A stretch of 64,000 nt of DNA from Alphaproteobacteria bacterium (GCA_965248835.1 CBDFLJ010000001.1:2048001-2112000), one strand, 5' to 3'. Positions 1 through 10,267 are shown, counted from the first letter of the stretch. Numbers and translations: made by a program. Notes: generated by a model from the sequence alone, not told the origin.

Positions 1-642
1 CATGTGATGCGGCGTATAGCAATAGAGCACGAAGGGCTTGTCCGCCTTGACAGCGGCATCGAGCGCGGCCAACGCCAAGGTTTCGTCCATCTCCAGGAGC
101 TTCATGGTCTCGTCGTACCCATAGCTCTTGGCGCGAATCTTCTCGATATTCGTGGAGGCCCACCCCGATGCGCCGATCCAGGCTTCGCCGAGGCCGTCGC
201 CGTCGCTATCGAATAGCGCCGCTTTGTCTGGATCGGTCAAATCATAGATCGCGGTCACGCCGTGGTTCTCGGCCGTTGACTTGGTCGCGCAAAACCCCTG
301 AAACGCCTCGACGCCGTTCGGGTTCATGACGACCGTACCGCGCTCCTTGACGAACTTGTCGTGCAGATTCGCTTGATTGGGAAGCCAGACCTCGGGATGG
401 ACATGCATGGAGCCTCGGTCCATGGCCTCGAAGACGACCGGATTGGTGCTGTTCTGCAGCTCGACCTCGAGGCCCAAATTGTCTCCGAGGATGACCTTGA
501 GTATATGCGCCGTAACCTGGACCGAGGGCCAATTGGGCACGCCGATCACCACATCGGCGGCTTTGGCCGCGCCAATCGTCGTCAACGCCGCGACGGCACA
601 GATTGCCAAACAGATTGCCGAGACTTTCGAACGCGGTTTCAT
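1..642 (-). CDS. Glycine betaine/proline ABC transporter substrate-binding protein (ProX-like), runs off left edge
   Basis: Not in ORF track. Manual translation from ATG 642 (SD AAGGAGG at 650-656): signal peptide MKPRSKVSAICLAICAVAALTTIGAAKA, then ADVVIGVPNWPSVQVTAHILK...HVHPEVWLPNQ...WIGASGWAS; open to base 1. Confidence 0.8.
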   Translation of the reverse strand, partial: MKPRSKVSAICLAICAVAALTTIGAAKAADVVIGVPNWPSVQVTAHILKVILGDNLGLEVELQNSTNPVVFEAMDRGSMHVHPEVWLPNQANLHDKFVKERGTVVMNPNGVEAFQGFCATKSTAENHGVTAIYDLTDPDKAALFDSDGDGLGEAWIGASGWASTNIEKIRAKSYGYDETMKLLEMDETLALAALDAAVKADKPFVLYCYTPHHM

Positions 643-804
643 TTTCCAACCTCCTTTCGGGGTTGTTGCCTGACCCATGCTCGACATATTGGTTTACCCC
701 GGATTATTCGTTCCGATCCTGAATTCGAGTTGGCGGGCATGGCGCAATCGATTGTTCCGGCGCGGAAATTCGTTGTCGAGCCGCGTTTCTTCGGGAGCAA
801 CGAA

Positions 805-893
805 ACGCCACACCCGCCACGACCGAATGCGCCGCCCTCAAGCTGCGCCTGCTCAAGATCGACGCCCGCGTCATCGAAAAGGCCGCGCGCGCA
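805..893 (+). mobile_element. Short C-terminal relic of an IS1380-family transposase
   Basis: Reads TTECAALKLRLLKIDARVIEKAAR, resembling the IS1380 C-terminal EFATLRLRLLKIGARV motif; no start or ends. Confidence 0.5.
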
Positions 894-935
894 TGCTGGT
901 CAAGCACCTCGCAACCGCAGCATGAAGGGGTCAGG

Positions 936-1610
936 CTAGACGCTGGTATCCGTATCCTCGGGCGGCGCGGGGGCAACGGGCGGACTCTTGGCGACGCCGA
1001 CGCGTGCCGCGCGCAGCAGGCGGCCGTTGAGCACATAACCCGCCTCGACAACCTGGACGACCGTGCCGGGCGCCGCCTCGGCGGTCGGCACCTCGAACAT
1101 CGCCTCGTGCAGATTGTGGTCGAATTTATCGCCCGCCGGATCGACCTTCTCCACGCCATGCCGCTGGAGGATGCCCAGCAGATCCCGCTCGGTCAGCGCG
1201 ACACCCTCGATGAATGACTTCAGCGGACCGTCTTCGGTGTCCGAGCCCTCCGGCAACGTCTCCAGCGCGCGGCGAAGGTTGTCGCCGACGCCCAGGACAT
1301 CGCGGGCAAAACCGGCGATGGCGTATTTCAGGGTCTCCTCGCGCTCGCGCTGGGCGCGGCGGCGCAGGTTCTCGCCCTCGGCGAGGGTGCGCAGCAACCT
1401 GTCGTTGAGCTCGGCAATCTCGGCCTCGTAGTCGCGCTCCTCCGGCTGGTCGGGCTCGGCGGCGGCGCCTTCCTGTTGCGCCGGGTCTTCGGCTTCGGGC
1501 AGCGCCTCTTCGGGCAACGCCTCTTCGGGCAGCGCCTCCTCGGGCGCCTCCTCCTCGGGCGGCGGCTCGGGCTCGGCCTGTTCAGCTTCGGTCTTTTCGA
1601 TCTCACTCAT
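936..1610 (-). CDS. grpE: Nucleotide exchange factor GrpE with acidic repeat N-terminus
   Basis: LRTLAEGENLRRR, KFDHNLHEAM, GYVLNGRLLRAARVGV; directly downstream of hrcA; ATG at 1610. Confidence 0.96.
   Translation of the reverse strand: MSEIEKTEAEQAEPEPPPEEEAPEEALPEEALPEEALPEAEDPAQQEGAAAEPDQPEERDYEAEIAELNDRLLRTLAEGENLRRRAQREREETLKYAIAGFARDVLGVGDNLRRALETLPEGSDTEDGPLKSFIEGVALTERDLLGILQRHGVEKVDPAGDKFDHNLHEAMFEVPTAEAAPGTVVQVVEAGYVLNGRLLRAARVGVAKSPPVAPAPPEDTDTSV
1493..1549. repeat. 15-bp tandem repeat in grpE (EEALP x3 plus degenerate copy)
   Basis: CTTCGGGCA(G/A)CGCCT at 1493, 1508 and 1523. Confidence 0.9.
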
Positions 1611-1636
1611 GGCAACGCCTTCCGATATGCCGTGGA

Positions 1637-2692
1637 CTAGCCGATCAGCCGGCCGACCACCTGCGCGGTATAGTCGACGATCGGAATGATGCGCGAGTAG
1701 TTGATCCGGGTCGGCCCGATGACGCCGATCGCACCGACAACGGTGCTGGAGCGGTCGGTGAACGGCGAGACGACCATCGAACAGCCGGTCATGTCGAACA
1801 GCGTGTTCTCCGAGCCGATGAAAATCTGCACTCCATCGCCGGTTCGCGTCAGATCGAGCAGCCGGACCGACAGCTCCTGGGTCTCCAGGGCCTCGAACAG
1901 GTTGCGGACGCGCTCCAGATCGCTGAGCGCGGCGATGTCGTCGAGCAGATGCGCTTGGCCCTTGACGATCAGCGCGCCGGTCGCCGCCTCGCCGGTCCAG
2001 GTCGCAAGCCCGGTCTCGACCAGCCTGGCGGTGATCGCATCGATCCGCACGCGGCGGTCCTCGATCTCGGCCTTGATGTCGCCGACCGCCTCGTCGACGG
2101 TGCGGCCCACCAGGCGGGCATTGAGGTAGTTGCCGGCCTCGGTGAGCGCCGAGGGCGGTGTGCCGACCGGCAGGTCGATCAGCCGGTTCTCGACGATGCC
2201 GTCCTCGGTCATCATCACCACCAGCGCACGGCCATCGCCCAGATTGACGAACTCGATGTGCTTGAGCGGCCGGTCGGTCTTGGGCGCGATCACCAGACCG
2301 GCGCATCCGGACAGGTCGGACATCGCGGCCGTCGCGTCGCTGAGCGCCTGGTTCAGGCTGGTGCCCTGGGCGGCACACTGCGCCTCGATGGTCTGGCGCT
2401 CGTCGCGGGACAGTTCGCCGATCTGCAACAGCCCGTCGACGAACAGGCGGAGCCCGGCCTCGGTCGGGATGCGTCCGGCCGAGGTGTGCGGCGAGACCAG
2501 CAGACCCATATCTTCGAGGTCGGCCATCACGTTGCGGATGGTCGCGGGCGACAGCGGCTGCGGCAGGCGGCGCGACAGCGTGCGCGAGCCGACCGGCTCG
2601 CCGGTCTGGACGAACGTCTCCACGAGCTCGCGAAAGACCGCGCGAGACCGCTCGTTGAGCTCGCCGATGACACCGGTTGGAGCGCTCTGCAT
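1637..2692 (-). CDS. hrcA: Heat-inducible transcription repressor HrcA
   Basis: GEPVGSRTL, SPATIRNVMADLE, PHTSAGRIPT, GVIGPTRINY. Confidence 0.98.
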   Translation of the reverse strand: MQSAPTGVIGELNERSRAVFRELVETFVQTGEPVGSRTLSRRLPQPLSPATIRNVMADLEDMGLLVSPHTSAGRIPTEAGLRLFVDGLLQIGELSRDERQTIEAQCAAQGTSLNQALSDATAAMSDLSGCAGLVIAPKTDRPLKHIEFVNLGDGRALVVMMTEDGIVENRLIDLPVGTPPSALTEAGNYLNARLVGRTVDEAVGDIKAEIEDRRVRIDAITARLVETGLATWTGEAATGALIVKGQAHLLDDIAALSDLERVRNLFEALETQELSVRLLDLTRTGDGVQIFIGSENTLFDMTGCSMVVSPFTDRSSTVVGAIGVIGPTRINYSRIIPIVDYTAQVVGRLIG

Positions 2693-2844
2693 CGAGTCCT
2701 CTCTTGGGCGGCAGGAATGTAGTGTTGGTCCTGGTGGGCGTCAATGTGATGTGCCCCGTCTGCCGGGATGCAAACCGCTGGACGGCCCGGTCGGGCCGGG
2801 ATAGCTTCCCCCGCCATTCTCGGGCGGGCCGTTAGGGGAACGCG

Positions 2845-3588
2845 ATGTCATCATCCGGTCAGCCGGCCGGCCGGCCCTCCGGTCGGGCACGGGACGAGCT
2901 TCGAAAGATCGTCCTGGAAGCCGGATTTTCCAAGCATGCGGAGGGCTCGTGCCTGGTGCGGTTCGGCGACACCCACGTGCTGTGCACCGCATCGGTGGAG
3001 GGCCGCGTCCCGCCGTTCATCAAGAACACCGGCAGCGGCTGGGTGACAGCCGAATACGGCATGTTGCCGCGCTCGACCCACGAACGCACCGACCGCGAGG
3101 CCGCCCGCGGCAAACAGGGTGGCAGGACGCTGGAAATCCAGCGTCTGATCGGCCGTTCGCTGCGCGCGGTCGTCGATCTGCGGGCACTGGGCGAGCGCCA
3201 GATCCGACTCGACTGCGACGTGATCCAAGCCGACGGCGGCACCCGGACCGCGAGCGTCACCGGTGCCTGGGTCGCACTGCGCATGGCGATCGACGACCTG
3301 ATGGACAAGGGCGTCCTGACCGCCGATCCGATCTCGGATTCGGTCGCGGCGATCTCGTGCGGCATCGTCGGCGGCGTGCCGTGCCTGGACCTCGACTATC
3401 TCGAGGACAGCAGCGCGGATGTGGACGCGAACTTCGTGCTGACCGGCACCGGCGGCATTGTCGAAGTCCAGGGCACCGCGGAGACCGAACCCTTCGGGCG
3501 CAAAGCCTTCGAGGGCCTGCTCGACCTGGCGGAGAAGGGAACGACCGCGCTGACCCGGCTGCAACGCCAAGCCGTGCGGCGCGGTTGA
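2845..3588 (+). CDS. rph: Ribonuclease PH
   Basis: [40 protein letters not shown]. Confidence 0.98.
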   Translation: MSSSGQPAGRPSGRARDELRKIVLEAGFSKHAEGSCLVRFGDTHVLCTASVEGRVPPFIKNTGSGWVTAEYGMLPRSTHERTDREAARGKQGGRTLEIQRLIGRSLRAVVDLRALGERQIRLDCDVIQADGGTRTASVTGAWVALRMAIDDLMDKGVLTADPISDSVAAISCGIVGGVPCLDLDYLEDSSADVDANFVLTGTGGIVEVQGTAETEPFGRKAFEGLLDLAEKGTTALTRLQRQAVRRG

Positions 3589-3589
3589 A

Positions 3590-4198
3590 ATGGCGCGGGC
3601 CTTCACCGATCCATGTCTGGTGGTGGCTTCGCACAACCAGGGAAAGATCGGCGAAATCGCCGATCTGCTGGCACCGTTCGATGTCGCGATCACCTCCGCG
3701 GCCGCGCTGGGCCTGGCCGAGCCCGAGGAGACGGGCGAGAGCTTCCGGGCCAACGCGGAGATCAAGGCCCACGCGGCGGCCAAAGCCGCTCGCCTGCCTG
3801 CCCTGAGCGACGATTCGGGGCTGGCAATCGCCGTGCTCGGCGGCGCGCCGGGCATCCATTCGGCCCGCTGGGCGGGAGCCGAACGTGACTTCGCGGCCGC
3901 CATGGCGCGTGTCAAGGCGGCGCTGCCGGCGGACGCGGACCGGGCGGCCGCATTCGTCTGCGCGCTGGCGCTCGCTTGGCCCGACGGGCATTGCGAGACC
4001 GTCGAGGGGCGTGTGCAGGGTCGTCTCGTCTGGCCGCCGCGCGGCACCAACGGCTTCGGCTATGACCCGATATTCGTCGCCGACGGTCACGCCCTGACCT
4101 TCGGCGAGATGGAACCGGCGGACAAGCACGCGATCAGCCACCGCGCCGATGCCTTTGCCAAGCTCGTCACCGCCTGCTTCGGCGGCCGCGCGTCATGA
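3590..4198 (+). CDS. rdgB: dITP/XTP pyrophosphatase (RdgB/HAM1)
   Basis: [26 protein letters not shown]; rph-rdgB-hemW synteny. Confidence 0.97.
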   Translation: MARAFTDPCLVVASHNQGKIGEIADLLAPFDVAITSAAALGLAEPEETGESFRANAEIKAHAAAKAARLPALSDDSGLAIAVLGGAPGIHSARWAGAERDFAAAMARVKAALPADADRAAAFVCALALAWPDGHCETVEGRVQGRLVWPPRGTNGFGYDPIFVADGHALTFGEMEPADKHAISHRADAFAKLVTACFGGRAS

Positions 4199-5385
4199 GC
4201 CCGGCAGGCGGCTTCGTCCCGGACAAGGACTCGCTCGGCCTCTACGTCCACTGGCCGTTCTGCAAGTCCAAATGCCCCTATTGCGACTTCAACAGCCACG
4301 TCGAGATGGAGATCGATGAGACCCGCTGGCGCAAGGCGCTGCTGGCGGAGATCGACCATTACGCGGCACGGACGGCAGGCCGCCGGCTGGAGACCATCTT
4401 CTTCGGCGGCGGCACGCCCTCGCTGATGCGGCCGGAGACCGTGGCTGCGGTGATCGACAAGGCGGTCGGCTGTTGGCCGACCAGCTCGGACCTCGAGGTC
4501 ACGCTGGAGGCCAACCCGACCTCGGTCGAGGCCGGCCGCCTTGCCGGCTTCCGCGACGCCGGGGCAGGCCGGCTGTCGCTGGGCGTCCAGTCGTTCGACC
4601 CGGACGGGCTGGCGGTGCTGGGGCGCGAGCACGGGCCCGGAGAGGCGATCGCGGCGATCGCCGTCGCCCAGAGCCTGTTCGCGCGCACCTCGTTCGACCT
4701 GATCTACGCTCGACCAGGCCAGACGCCGGAAGCCTGGCGGGGCGAACTCGCCCGCGCGCTCGATCACGTGCCGACCGACGGCGCAGGCCACATTTCGGTC
4801 TACCAGCTCACCATCGAGCCCGGCACCGCCTTCCACGCGGCTCACCGGCGCGGCAGGCTCGACCTGCCGGACGAGAACGATCAGGCCGCGATGTACCAGG
4901 ACACCCAGGACAGGCTCGAAGCGGCGGGTCTGCCGGCCTATGAGATCTCCAGCCACGCAGCCGCCGGCATGGCGTGCCGCCACAATCTCATCTATTGGCT
5001 ATCGGCGGATTATGTCGGCGTCGGGCCGGGCGCGCACGGCCGGATCACCACGGACGGCGCGACGACCGCCTATGCCCAGCGCCGCGCGCCGCTTGCCTGG
5101 TGCGCCGATGTCGAAGCCCGCGGCCACGCCACCGAGACGGCGGCACCGATCACACCGCGGGAGCGCCTGGAGGAGGTGTTGATGATGGGCCTCCGGCTCA
5201 CAACCGGCTTGCCGCGGCAGCGTTTCGTCGCACTCACCGGCGCAATGCCCGAGGACGCGCTCGACCGGGCGGCGCTGAACCGACTGACAGAGGCCGGTTT
5301 CATGGAGAACGACGATCGAGGCCTGCGCGCGACCGCCGCCGGCCGTATGCGTCTGGACGCTGTGTTGGCTGCCCTGCTCGCTTGA
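4195..5385 (+). CDS. hemW: Radical SAM heme chaperone HemW
   Basis: [18 protein letters not shown] (CxxxCxxC), [18 protein letters not shown]. Confidence 0.95.
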   Translation: MSPAGGFVPDKDSLGLYVHWPFCKSKCPYCDFNSHVEMEIDETRWRKALLAEIDHYAARTAGRRLETIFFGGGTPSLMRPETVAAVIDKAVGCWPTSSDLEVTLEANPTSVEAGRLAGFRDAGAGRLSLGVQSFDPDGLAVLGREHGPGEAIAAIAVAQSLFARTSFDLIYARPGQTPEAWRGELARALDHVPTDGAGHISVYQLTIEPGTAFHAAHRRGRLDLPDENDQAAMYQDTQDRLEAAGLPAYEISSHAAAGMACRHNLIYWLSADYVGVGPGAHGRITTDGATTAYAQRRAPLAWCADVEARGHATETAAPITPRERLEEVLMMGLRLTTGLPRQRFVALTGAMPEDALDRAALNRLTEAGFMENDDRGLRATAAGRMRLDAVLAALLA

Positions 5386-5399
5386 GCGGCGGCCGGGAT

Positions 5400-6770
5400 T
5401 CAGTTGACCAGCACCTCGAATTTCTCCGGCGCACGGCTGATCTCCCGCGGGGCGCCCGAGCCGATCTCGAAGACCGAAAGCCCGCGCTCGGACTCGCCGG
5501 TCTCGCGGAAGCGAAAGACGCCGGTGGTGCCCATGAACCCGCTGGCGTCGGTCAGCGCGGCGAGGTTGAAGTCCGGGCCTGTTTCGCGGCGCGCGAGCGT
5601 CGCGACCAGCGCCGCGGCATCGTAGGCCAGGTTCGCCAGCGGGTTGGGTGCGGTGCCGAACGCCGACCGGTAGCGGGTCTGGAAATCGCCGAGGGCTTCA
5701 ACCGAAGGTGCGGCGTACCACGCGCCGACCAGCGGCCGCTCGCGGCCGAGCCCATCGGTATGCCACGACGACAGGCCGAGCACCTTGATCCGCGTGGTGT
5801 CGATGTCGTAGTACGGCAGCAGTGCCGCGATCTCCGCAAGGCGGGTGCCGCTGACCGCGACCAGCAGCGCATCGAAGCCGAGGTCGGTCAGCCCGTCGAT
5901 GCTCTCCATTTCGACCATCATCCGAGCGGTGACGTCCTGGCCGGCGGCCTGGATCGCGGCGCGCTGCTCGAGCAGCGCCGCCTGCCGGCCGTCGTATTTG
6001 GCGAGCCTGCGAACCGCGGCCGTGGCGTCCTCGGACCGGTCGCCGACCCGCTCGATCCGGGCGAGGACGCCGCCGACCTCCTGAACGGCGCGCTCGAAAT
6101 ACCGCTCGACCCGACGCCCGAAGGCGCTGTCGGGAAGCAGTGCGGCGAAGCGCAGGATGCCCTGGCCGCGGGCGTACCGGACGACGCGGTGGATCTGCTG
6201 GCGCGGCAACAGTCCCATCAGGAACGTGCCGCGCTCGGCCACCGACCGGTCGTTGGAAAATGCGATCACGTTGATCCCGGCTTTCCGGGCAATCGGCGCG
6301 ACGGCCGCGACCGATGCGGCGAAAACCGGCCCCAGAAGAATCAAGGCGCCGCCGTCGATCGCTGCGCGGGCGGCCGCCTCGGCGCCGGCGGGCGTGCCGC
6401 GTGTGTCGTGGGGCAGGATGGTGAAGCCGTCGCCGGTCGCATCGAACAGCGCGAGTTGGGCGGCGTTGAGCAACGAGCGGCCGAGCGCGGTTTCCGGTCC
6501 GCTCAAGGGCAGCAGCAGGCCGACGCGGATCTGACCGGACGCCGCTCCGGCATCACCGATCGGTCCGCTCGAGGCATCGCCGACGGGTCCGCTTGAGGCA
6601 TCTGCGGAGGGGCGATCGGGGCGCGACGGCGAGGAGACCGCGGGCTCGGTCATGGTCGGCGTGCCCACCGTGCGCGGTTCTTGCGCCGGACCGGAGGGCG
6701 CGGATACGTTGGTCGGGGCACAGGCGGCAAGCACCACGAGGATCGGAGCGAGCCATGCCACGACGGCCAT
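5400..6770 (-). CDS. Penicillin-binding protein activator-like lipoprotein (LppC/LpoA family)
   Basis: Lipobox LAAC, VGLLLPLSG, ILGPVFA, LAYDAAALV, FMGTTGVFRF; divergent from rsmI; start uncertain (6770 or 6815). Confidence 0.88.
   Translation of the reverse strand: MAVVAWLAPILVVLAACAPTNVSAPSGPAQEPRTVGTPTMTEPAVSSPSRPDRPSADASSGPVGDASSGPIGDAGAASGQIRVGLLLPLSGPETALGRSLLNAAQLALFDATGDGFTILPHDTRGTPAGAEAAARAAIDGGALILLGPVFAASVAAVAPIARKAGINVIAFSNDRSVAERGTFLMGLLPRQQIHRVVRYARGQGILRFAALLPDSAFGRRVERYFERAVQEVGGVLARIERVGDRSEDATAAVRRLAKYDGRQAALLEQRAAIQAAGQDVTARMMVEMESIDGLTDLGFDALLVAVSGTRLAEIAALLPYYDIDTTRIKVLGLSSWHTDGLGRERPLVGAWYAAPSVEALGDFQTRYRSAFGTAPNPLANLAYDAAALVATLARRETGPDFNLAALTDASGFMGTTGVFRFRETGESERGLSVFEIGSGAPREISRAPEKFEVLVN
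6549..6602. repeat. 24-bp tandem duplication in the lipoprotein linker (DASSGPVG/DASSGPIG)
   Basis: GGCATCACCGATCGGTCCGCTCGA / GGCATCGCCGACGGGTCCGCTTGA / GGCATC. Confidence 0.8.
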
Positions 6771-7693
6771 CGGCTTCGACAACCTGGTCGGGAACGGCGG
6801 GCGAGCACTCCTCATCACAGGACGACCGTGCAGCGGGCCGCCGGCGGGCCACCTCCGCCGGTCTCCATCTGGTGGCGACACCGATCGGGAACCTGCGCGA
6901 TATCACGCTGCGCGCCCTGGACACTCTGCGCGATGCCGACGTCATCGCCTGCGAGGACACGCGCGTGACGCGAAAATTGCTCGCAGCGCATGGTATCGCC
7001 TCTCCGTTGACGGCCTATCACGAGCATAACGCACCGCGCGCGCGCCCGGCACTCATTAAACGGCTGGAATCGGGCCAAATCGTGGCACTGGTTTCCGATG
7101 CCGGAATGCCGCTGATATCCGATCCGGGCTACCGGCTGGTGCGCGCGGCGCTGGCGGCGGGGATCGCGGTGACGGTCTTGCCGGGCGCGTCGGCGCCGCT
7201 TGCGGCCCTGGTTCTGTCGGGCCTGCCCACCGACCGCTTTCATTTCGCCGGATACCTGCCCGCCAAGCGGGCCGCAAGACGGTCGGTCCTGGCGGAGCTT
7301 GCCGGCATCGACGCCACGCTGGTGCTTCTGGACTCGCCGCACCGGCTGGCCGCGAGCCTTGCCGATATGGCAGCGGTGCTGGGCGACCGGCAGGCTGCGG
7401 TCGCCCGGGAGCTGACCAAGCGCCATGAAGAGGTGCTGCGCGGCCGTCTGGGCGAACTCGCCGATCGGGTGGCGGCGACCGGCCCGCCCAAGGGCGAGGT
7501 CGTGCTGGTCATCGCCCCGCCGGAGGCCCTGCCCGAGGCCCCGACCGAACGGATCGATGCCGCGTTGGTCCGCGCACTCCAGAGCCTGTCGGTGCGCGAC
7601 GCTGCGGCCACGGTGGCCGCCGCGCTGGGCGCGCCGCGGCGCATCGTCTACGAGCGGGCGCTGGCGCTGGGGAGCGGGCAGCACACGAAATGA
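6755..7693 (+). CDS. rsmI: 16S rRNA C1402 2'-O-methyltransferase RsmI
   Basis: LVATPIGNLRDITLRA, ACEDTRVT, VSDAGMPLISDPG, ARELTK, PKGEVV; start uncertain (ATG 6755 follows GGAG). Confidence 0.96.
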   Translation: MPRRPSASTTWSGTAGEHSSSQDDRAAGRRRATSAGLHLVATPIGNLRDITLRALDTLRDADVIACEDTRVTRKLLAAHGIASPLTAYHEHNAPRARPALIKRLESGQIVALVSDAGMPLISDPGYRLVRAALAAGIAVTVLPGASAPLAALVLSGLPTDRFHFAGYLPAKRAARRSVLAELAGIDATLVLLDSPHRLAASLADMAAVLGDRQAAVARELTKRHEEVLRGRLGELADRVAATGPPKGEVVLVIAPPEALPEAPTERIDAALVRALQSLSVRDAAATVAAALGAPRRIVYERALALGSGQHTK

Positions 7694-8046
7694 CCGGATC
7701 GGCCCGGACCGAGCGTTACGGGCGCTTTGCCGAAAGCCTTTCGCTCGCCCTGCTGCGGCTCAAAGGCTACCGCGTGATCGCGCGGCGGTTCCGCTCGCCG
7801 GCCGGTGAGATCGACCTGATCGTTCGCCGCGGCAGCCTGGTCGCCTATGTCGAGGTCAAGGCGCGGCGCGATATCGCGAGCGCCGCGGAGTCCTTGGGGC
7901 CGGCGCAGCGCCAGCGCATCCGCCGGGCCGCGGGGCACTTTCTCAAGGGCCGCCCGGACCTGGCGGGGCTCGACCACCGTTTCGACGTCATGCTGGTCCT
8001 GCCCTGGTCGGTGCCCAATCATATCGTCGATGCCTGGCGTGATTGA
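7690..8046 (+). CDS. yraN: YraN family protein (UPF0102)
   Basis: GEIDLIV, YVEVKAR, RFDV; overlaps rsmI stop. Confidence 0.93.
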   Translation: MTGSARTERYGRFAESLSLALLRLKGYRVIARRFRSPAGEIDLIVRRGSLVAYVEVKARRDIASAAESLGPAQRQRIRRAAGHFLKGRPDLAGLDHRFDVMLVLPWSVPNHIVDAWRD

Positions 8047-8086
8047 GGTTGGGCACGATTGAGGTTGGGCGCGATTGAGGTTGGGC
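8041..8086. repeat. 16-bp tandem repeat x3 spanning the yraN stop codon
   Basis: GATTGAGGTTGGGCAC / GATTGAGGTTGGGCGC / GATTGAGGTTGGGC at 8041, 8057 and 8073. Confidence 0.95.
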
Positions 8087-8138
8087 GGGGCCGGAAAACG
8101 GCGGCACAATGCCGGAGAGAGGGGTCCACCACAGCAGG

Positions 8139-8474
8139 ATGAGCATGCCCTGGCTCGGAGTTTCGGCCGGCGCCGTCGTGATCGCGCTTTGCGCTGCCCT
8201 GATCTCGGCCTGTGCCGGCGTGGTGGTCGCGGGCGGTGCCGGCGCGGTCTCCGCGGCAACCCAGGAACGCGGCTCCACCGGCACCATCAGCGATACCGCG
8301 GGCAAGATCGTCCACCGGATGGGAATCGCCCGGAACGCGGGCGCGCTTGCCCGTCTCGAAACCCATGCGCGTGAGGTCTCGTACGTCAAGCGCGTGGTCC
8401 GCTATGTTGTGCTCAACAACGATCCGAAACGAAAGGCCCCGCGGCACCGGGGCCGGAGTCGGGGCTGGACGTGA
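8139..8474 (+). pseudogene. Internally deleted BON-domain lipoprotein (DolP/YraP-like) stub
   Basis: Lipobox ISAC and QERG...ISD N-terminus joined directly to the end of the second BON domain (IVHRMGIAR...VKRVVRYV); position after yraN fits. Confidence 0.75.
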
Positions 8475-9301
8475 GACAACATCATGAAGCGGAACGGCTG
8501 CTCAAGGACCTGGCGAACACGGCCGATGAAGATGTCCGCCTGGCCGAGGCGGCGTTGGCGTTGGCGGCCCTGACGATCGGCGAGATCGACCTCGATTACT
8601 ACCGCGCCCACCTGGCCGGCATCGTCGAGGCGGTGGCGCACCGGATACCGGGAACCTGTTCGCTCACCGAGCGCATCGCGACGCTCAACGAGGTCATCAT
8701 CGACCAGGAGCGGTATTGCGGCGACACGACGGCCTATGACGATCTCGACAACGCCAACCTGGTGCGGGTGATCGACCGCCGCCGCGGCCTGCCGGTGGCG
8801 CTGGGCATTATCTATCTCGATGTCGCCCACCGCCTCGGCTGGCGGGCGACGGGGCTGAACTTCCCCGGCCATTTCCTGATCCGGATCGAGGACGCCGAGG
8901 CGCGCGCAATCGTCGATCCGTTCGAAGGCGGGGCAATCCGCGAGGACGCCGACCTGCGGGCGCTGATCAAGCTTACCGCCGGCGAGAACGCGGAACTGGC
9001 GGCCGAGCATTTCGAGCCGGTCGAGCGCCGCGGCGTGTTGCTGAGGCTGCAGAACAACATCAAAATTCGCCAGCTCCGCGCCGGGCATATCGAGGACGCC
9101 GCCGCGACTGTGGACAGGATGCTGCTGTTCATGCCCGAACAGGCCGTGCTGCGCCGCGAGGCGGGGCTGCTGCACGCCCGGCTCGGCCACCTGGTCGCAG
9201 CACGGCGCCATCTGGAGGCCTACCGCGACCGCTGCGCCGGCCCGGCCGAGCGCGATGAGGCCGAGGCGCTGCTGCGCCGCGTCTCCCGCCGGCTCAACTA
9301 G
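8471..9301 (+). CDS. SirB1 family protein (transglutaminase-like plus TPR)
   Basis: YDDLDNANLVRVIDRRRGLPVALGIIY, GLNFPGHFL, LLRLQNNIK. Confidence 0.92.
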   Translation: MRQHHEAERLLKDLANTADEDVRLAEAALALAALTIGEIDLDYYRAHLAGIVEAVAHRIPGTCSLTERIATLNEVIIDQERYCGDTTAYDDLDNANLVRVIDRRRGLPVALGIIYLDVAHRLGWRATGLNFPGHFLIRIEDAEARAIVDPFEGGAIREDADLRALIKLTAGENAELAAEHFEPVERRGVLLRLQNNIKIRQLRAGHIEDAAATVDRMLLFMPEQAVLRREAGLLHARLGHLVAARRHLEAYRDRCAGPAERDEAEALLRRVSRRLN

Positions 9302-9310
9302 GCGGCAGCG

Positions 9311-10267
9311 ATGAGCCTTACCGTCGCCATTCAGATGGACCCGATCGAATCGGTCGACATCGATGCCGATTCCACGTTCGTGCTGGCGCTGGAGGCGCAG
9401 GCCCGCGGCCACGCCCTGTTCCACTATCTACCGGGCGAGATGTCGTTTCGCGACCACCGGATCTATGCCAAGGCGCGCCCGCTCTCGGTCCGGCGGCAGC
9501 GCGGCGATCACGCGAAGCTTGGGGCGCCCGAGGTTCTGGATCTCGCCGGGGTCGATATCGTCTTGATGCGCCAGGATCCGCCGTTCGACATGGCCTATAT
9601 CACCGCCACGCACCTCCTGGAGCACATCCACCCGCGGACCCTGGTGGTCAACGACCCTTTCCACGTCCGCAACGCGCCCGAAAAGCTGTTCGTCGCCCAT
9701 TTCGAGGGGCTGATGCCGCCGACGCTGATCACCGCGGACCGCGAGGAGATCGTGGCCTTCCGGGCCGAGCATCGCGACATCATCGTCAAACCGCTTTTCG
9801 GCAATGGCGGGGCGGGGGTGTTCCACGTTACGCCGGAGGATGAGAACCTGGGCTCGCTGCTGGAGATGTTCACCGGTATGTACCGCGAGCCGATCATCGT
9901 CCAGCGCTACCTGCCGGAGATCCGCCGGGGCGACAAGCGCATCATCCTGGTCGACGGCGAGCCGGCCGGCGGGGTGAGCCGGATCCCGCCGGACGGCGAG
10001 GCGCGGGCCAACTTCCACGCCGGCGGCGCGCCGCAAAAGGCCGATCTGACCACGCGCGAGCGCGACATCTGTGCGGCCATCGGCCCCGCGCTGCGCGACC
10101 GCGGCCTGGTCTTCGTCGGTATCGACGTGATCGGCGATTACCTGACCGAGATCAACGTCACCTCGCCGACCGGCATCCAGGAAATCAATCGCCTGGACGG
10201 CGTCCGGATCGAGGCGATGATCTGGGACGCCATTGAACGCCGCGTGGACGCCGCACGAACGGCGTAG
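9311..10267 (+). CDS. gshB: Glutathione synthetase
   Basis: [30 protein letters not shown]. Confidence 0.98.
   Translation: MSLTVAIQMDPIESVDIDADSTFVLALEAQARGHALFHYLPGEMSFRDHRIYAKARPLSVRRQRGDHAKLGAPEVLDLAGVDIVLMRQDPPFDMAYITATHLLEHIHPRTLVVNDPFHVRNAPEKLFVAHFEGLMPPTLITADREEIVAFRAEHRDIIVKPLFGNGGAGVFHVTPEDENLGSLLEMFTGMYREPIIVQRYLPEIRRGDKRIILVDGEPAGGVSRIPPDGEARANFHAGGAPQKADLTTRERDICAAIGPALRDRGLVFVGIDVIGDYLTEINVTSPTGIQEINRLDGVRIEAMIWDAIERRVDAARTA

Noticed and set aside
936-2744. 602-aa ORF suggesting a long GrpE fusion
   Set aside because: Upstream part is an alternative frame over hrcA; GrpE starts at 1610
2693-2844. CIRCE operator upstream of hrcA
   Set aside because: No TTAGCACTC-N9-GAGTGCTAA match visible
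8041-8086. Possible mini CRISPR array
   Set aside because: Units are contiguous 16-mers with no spacers, and no cas genes are present
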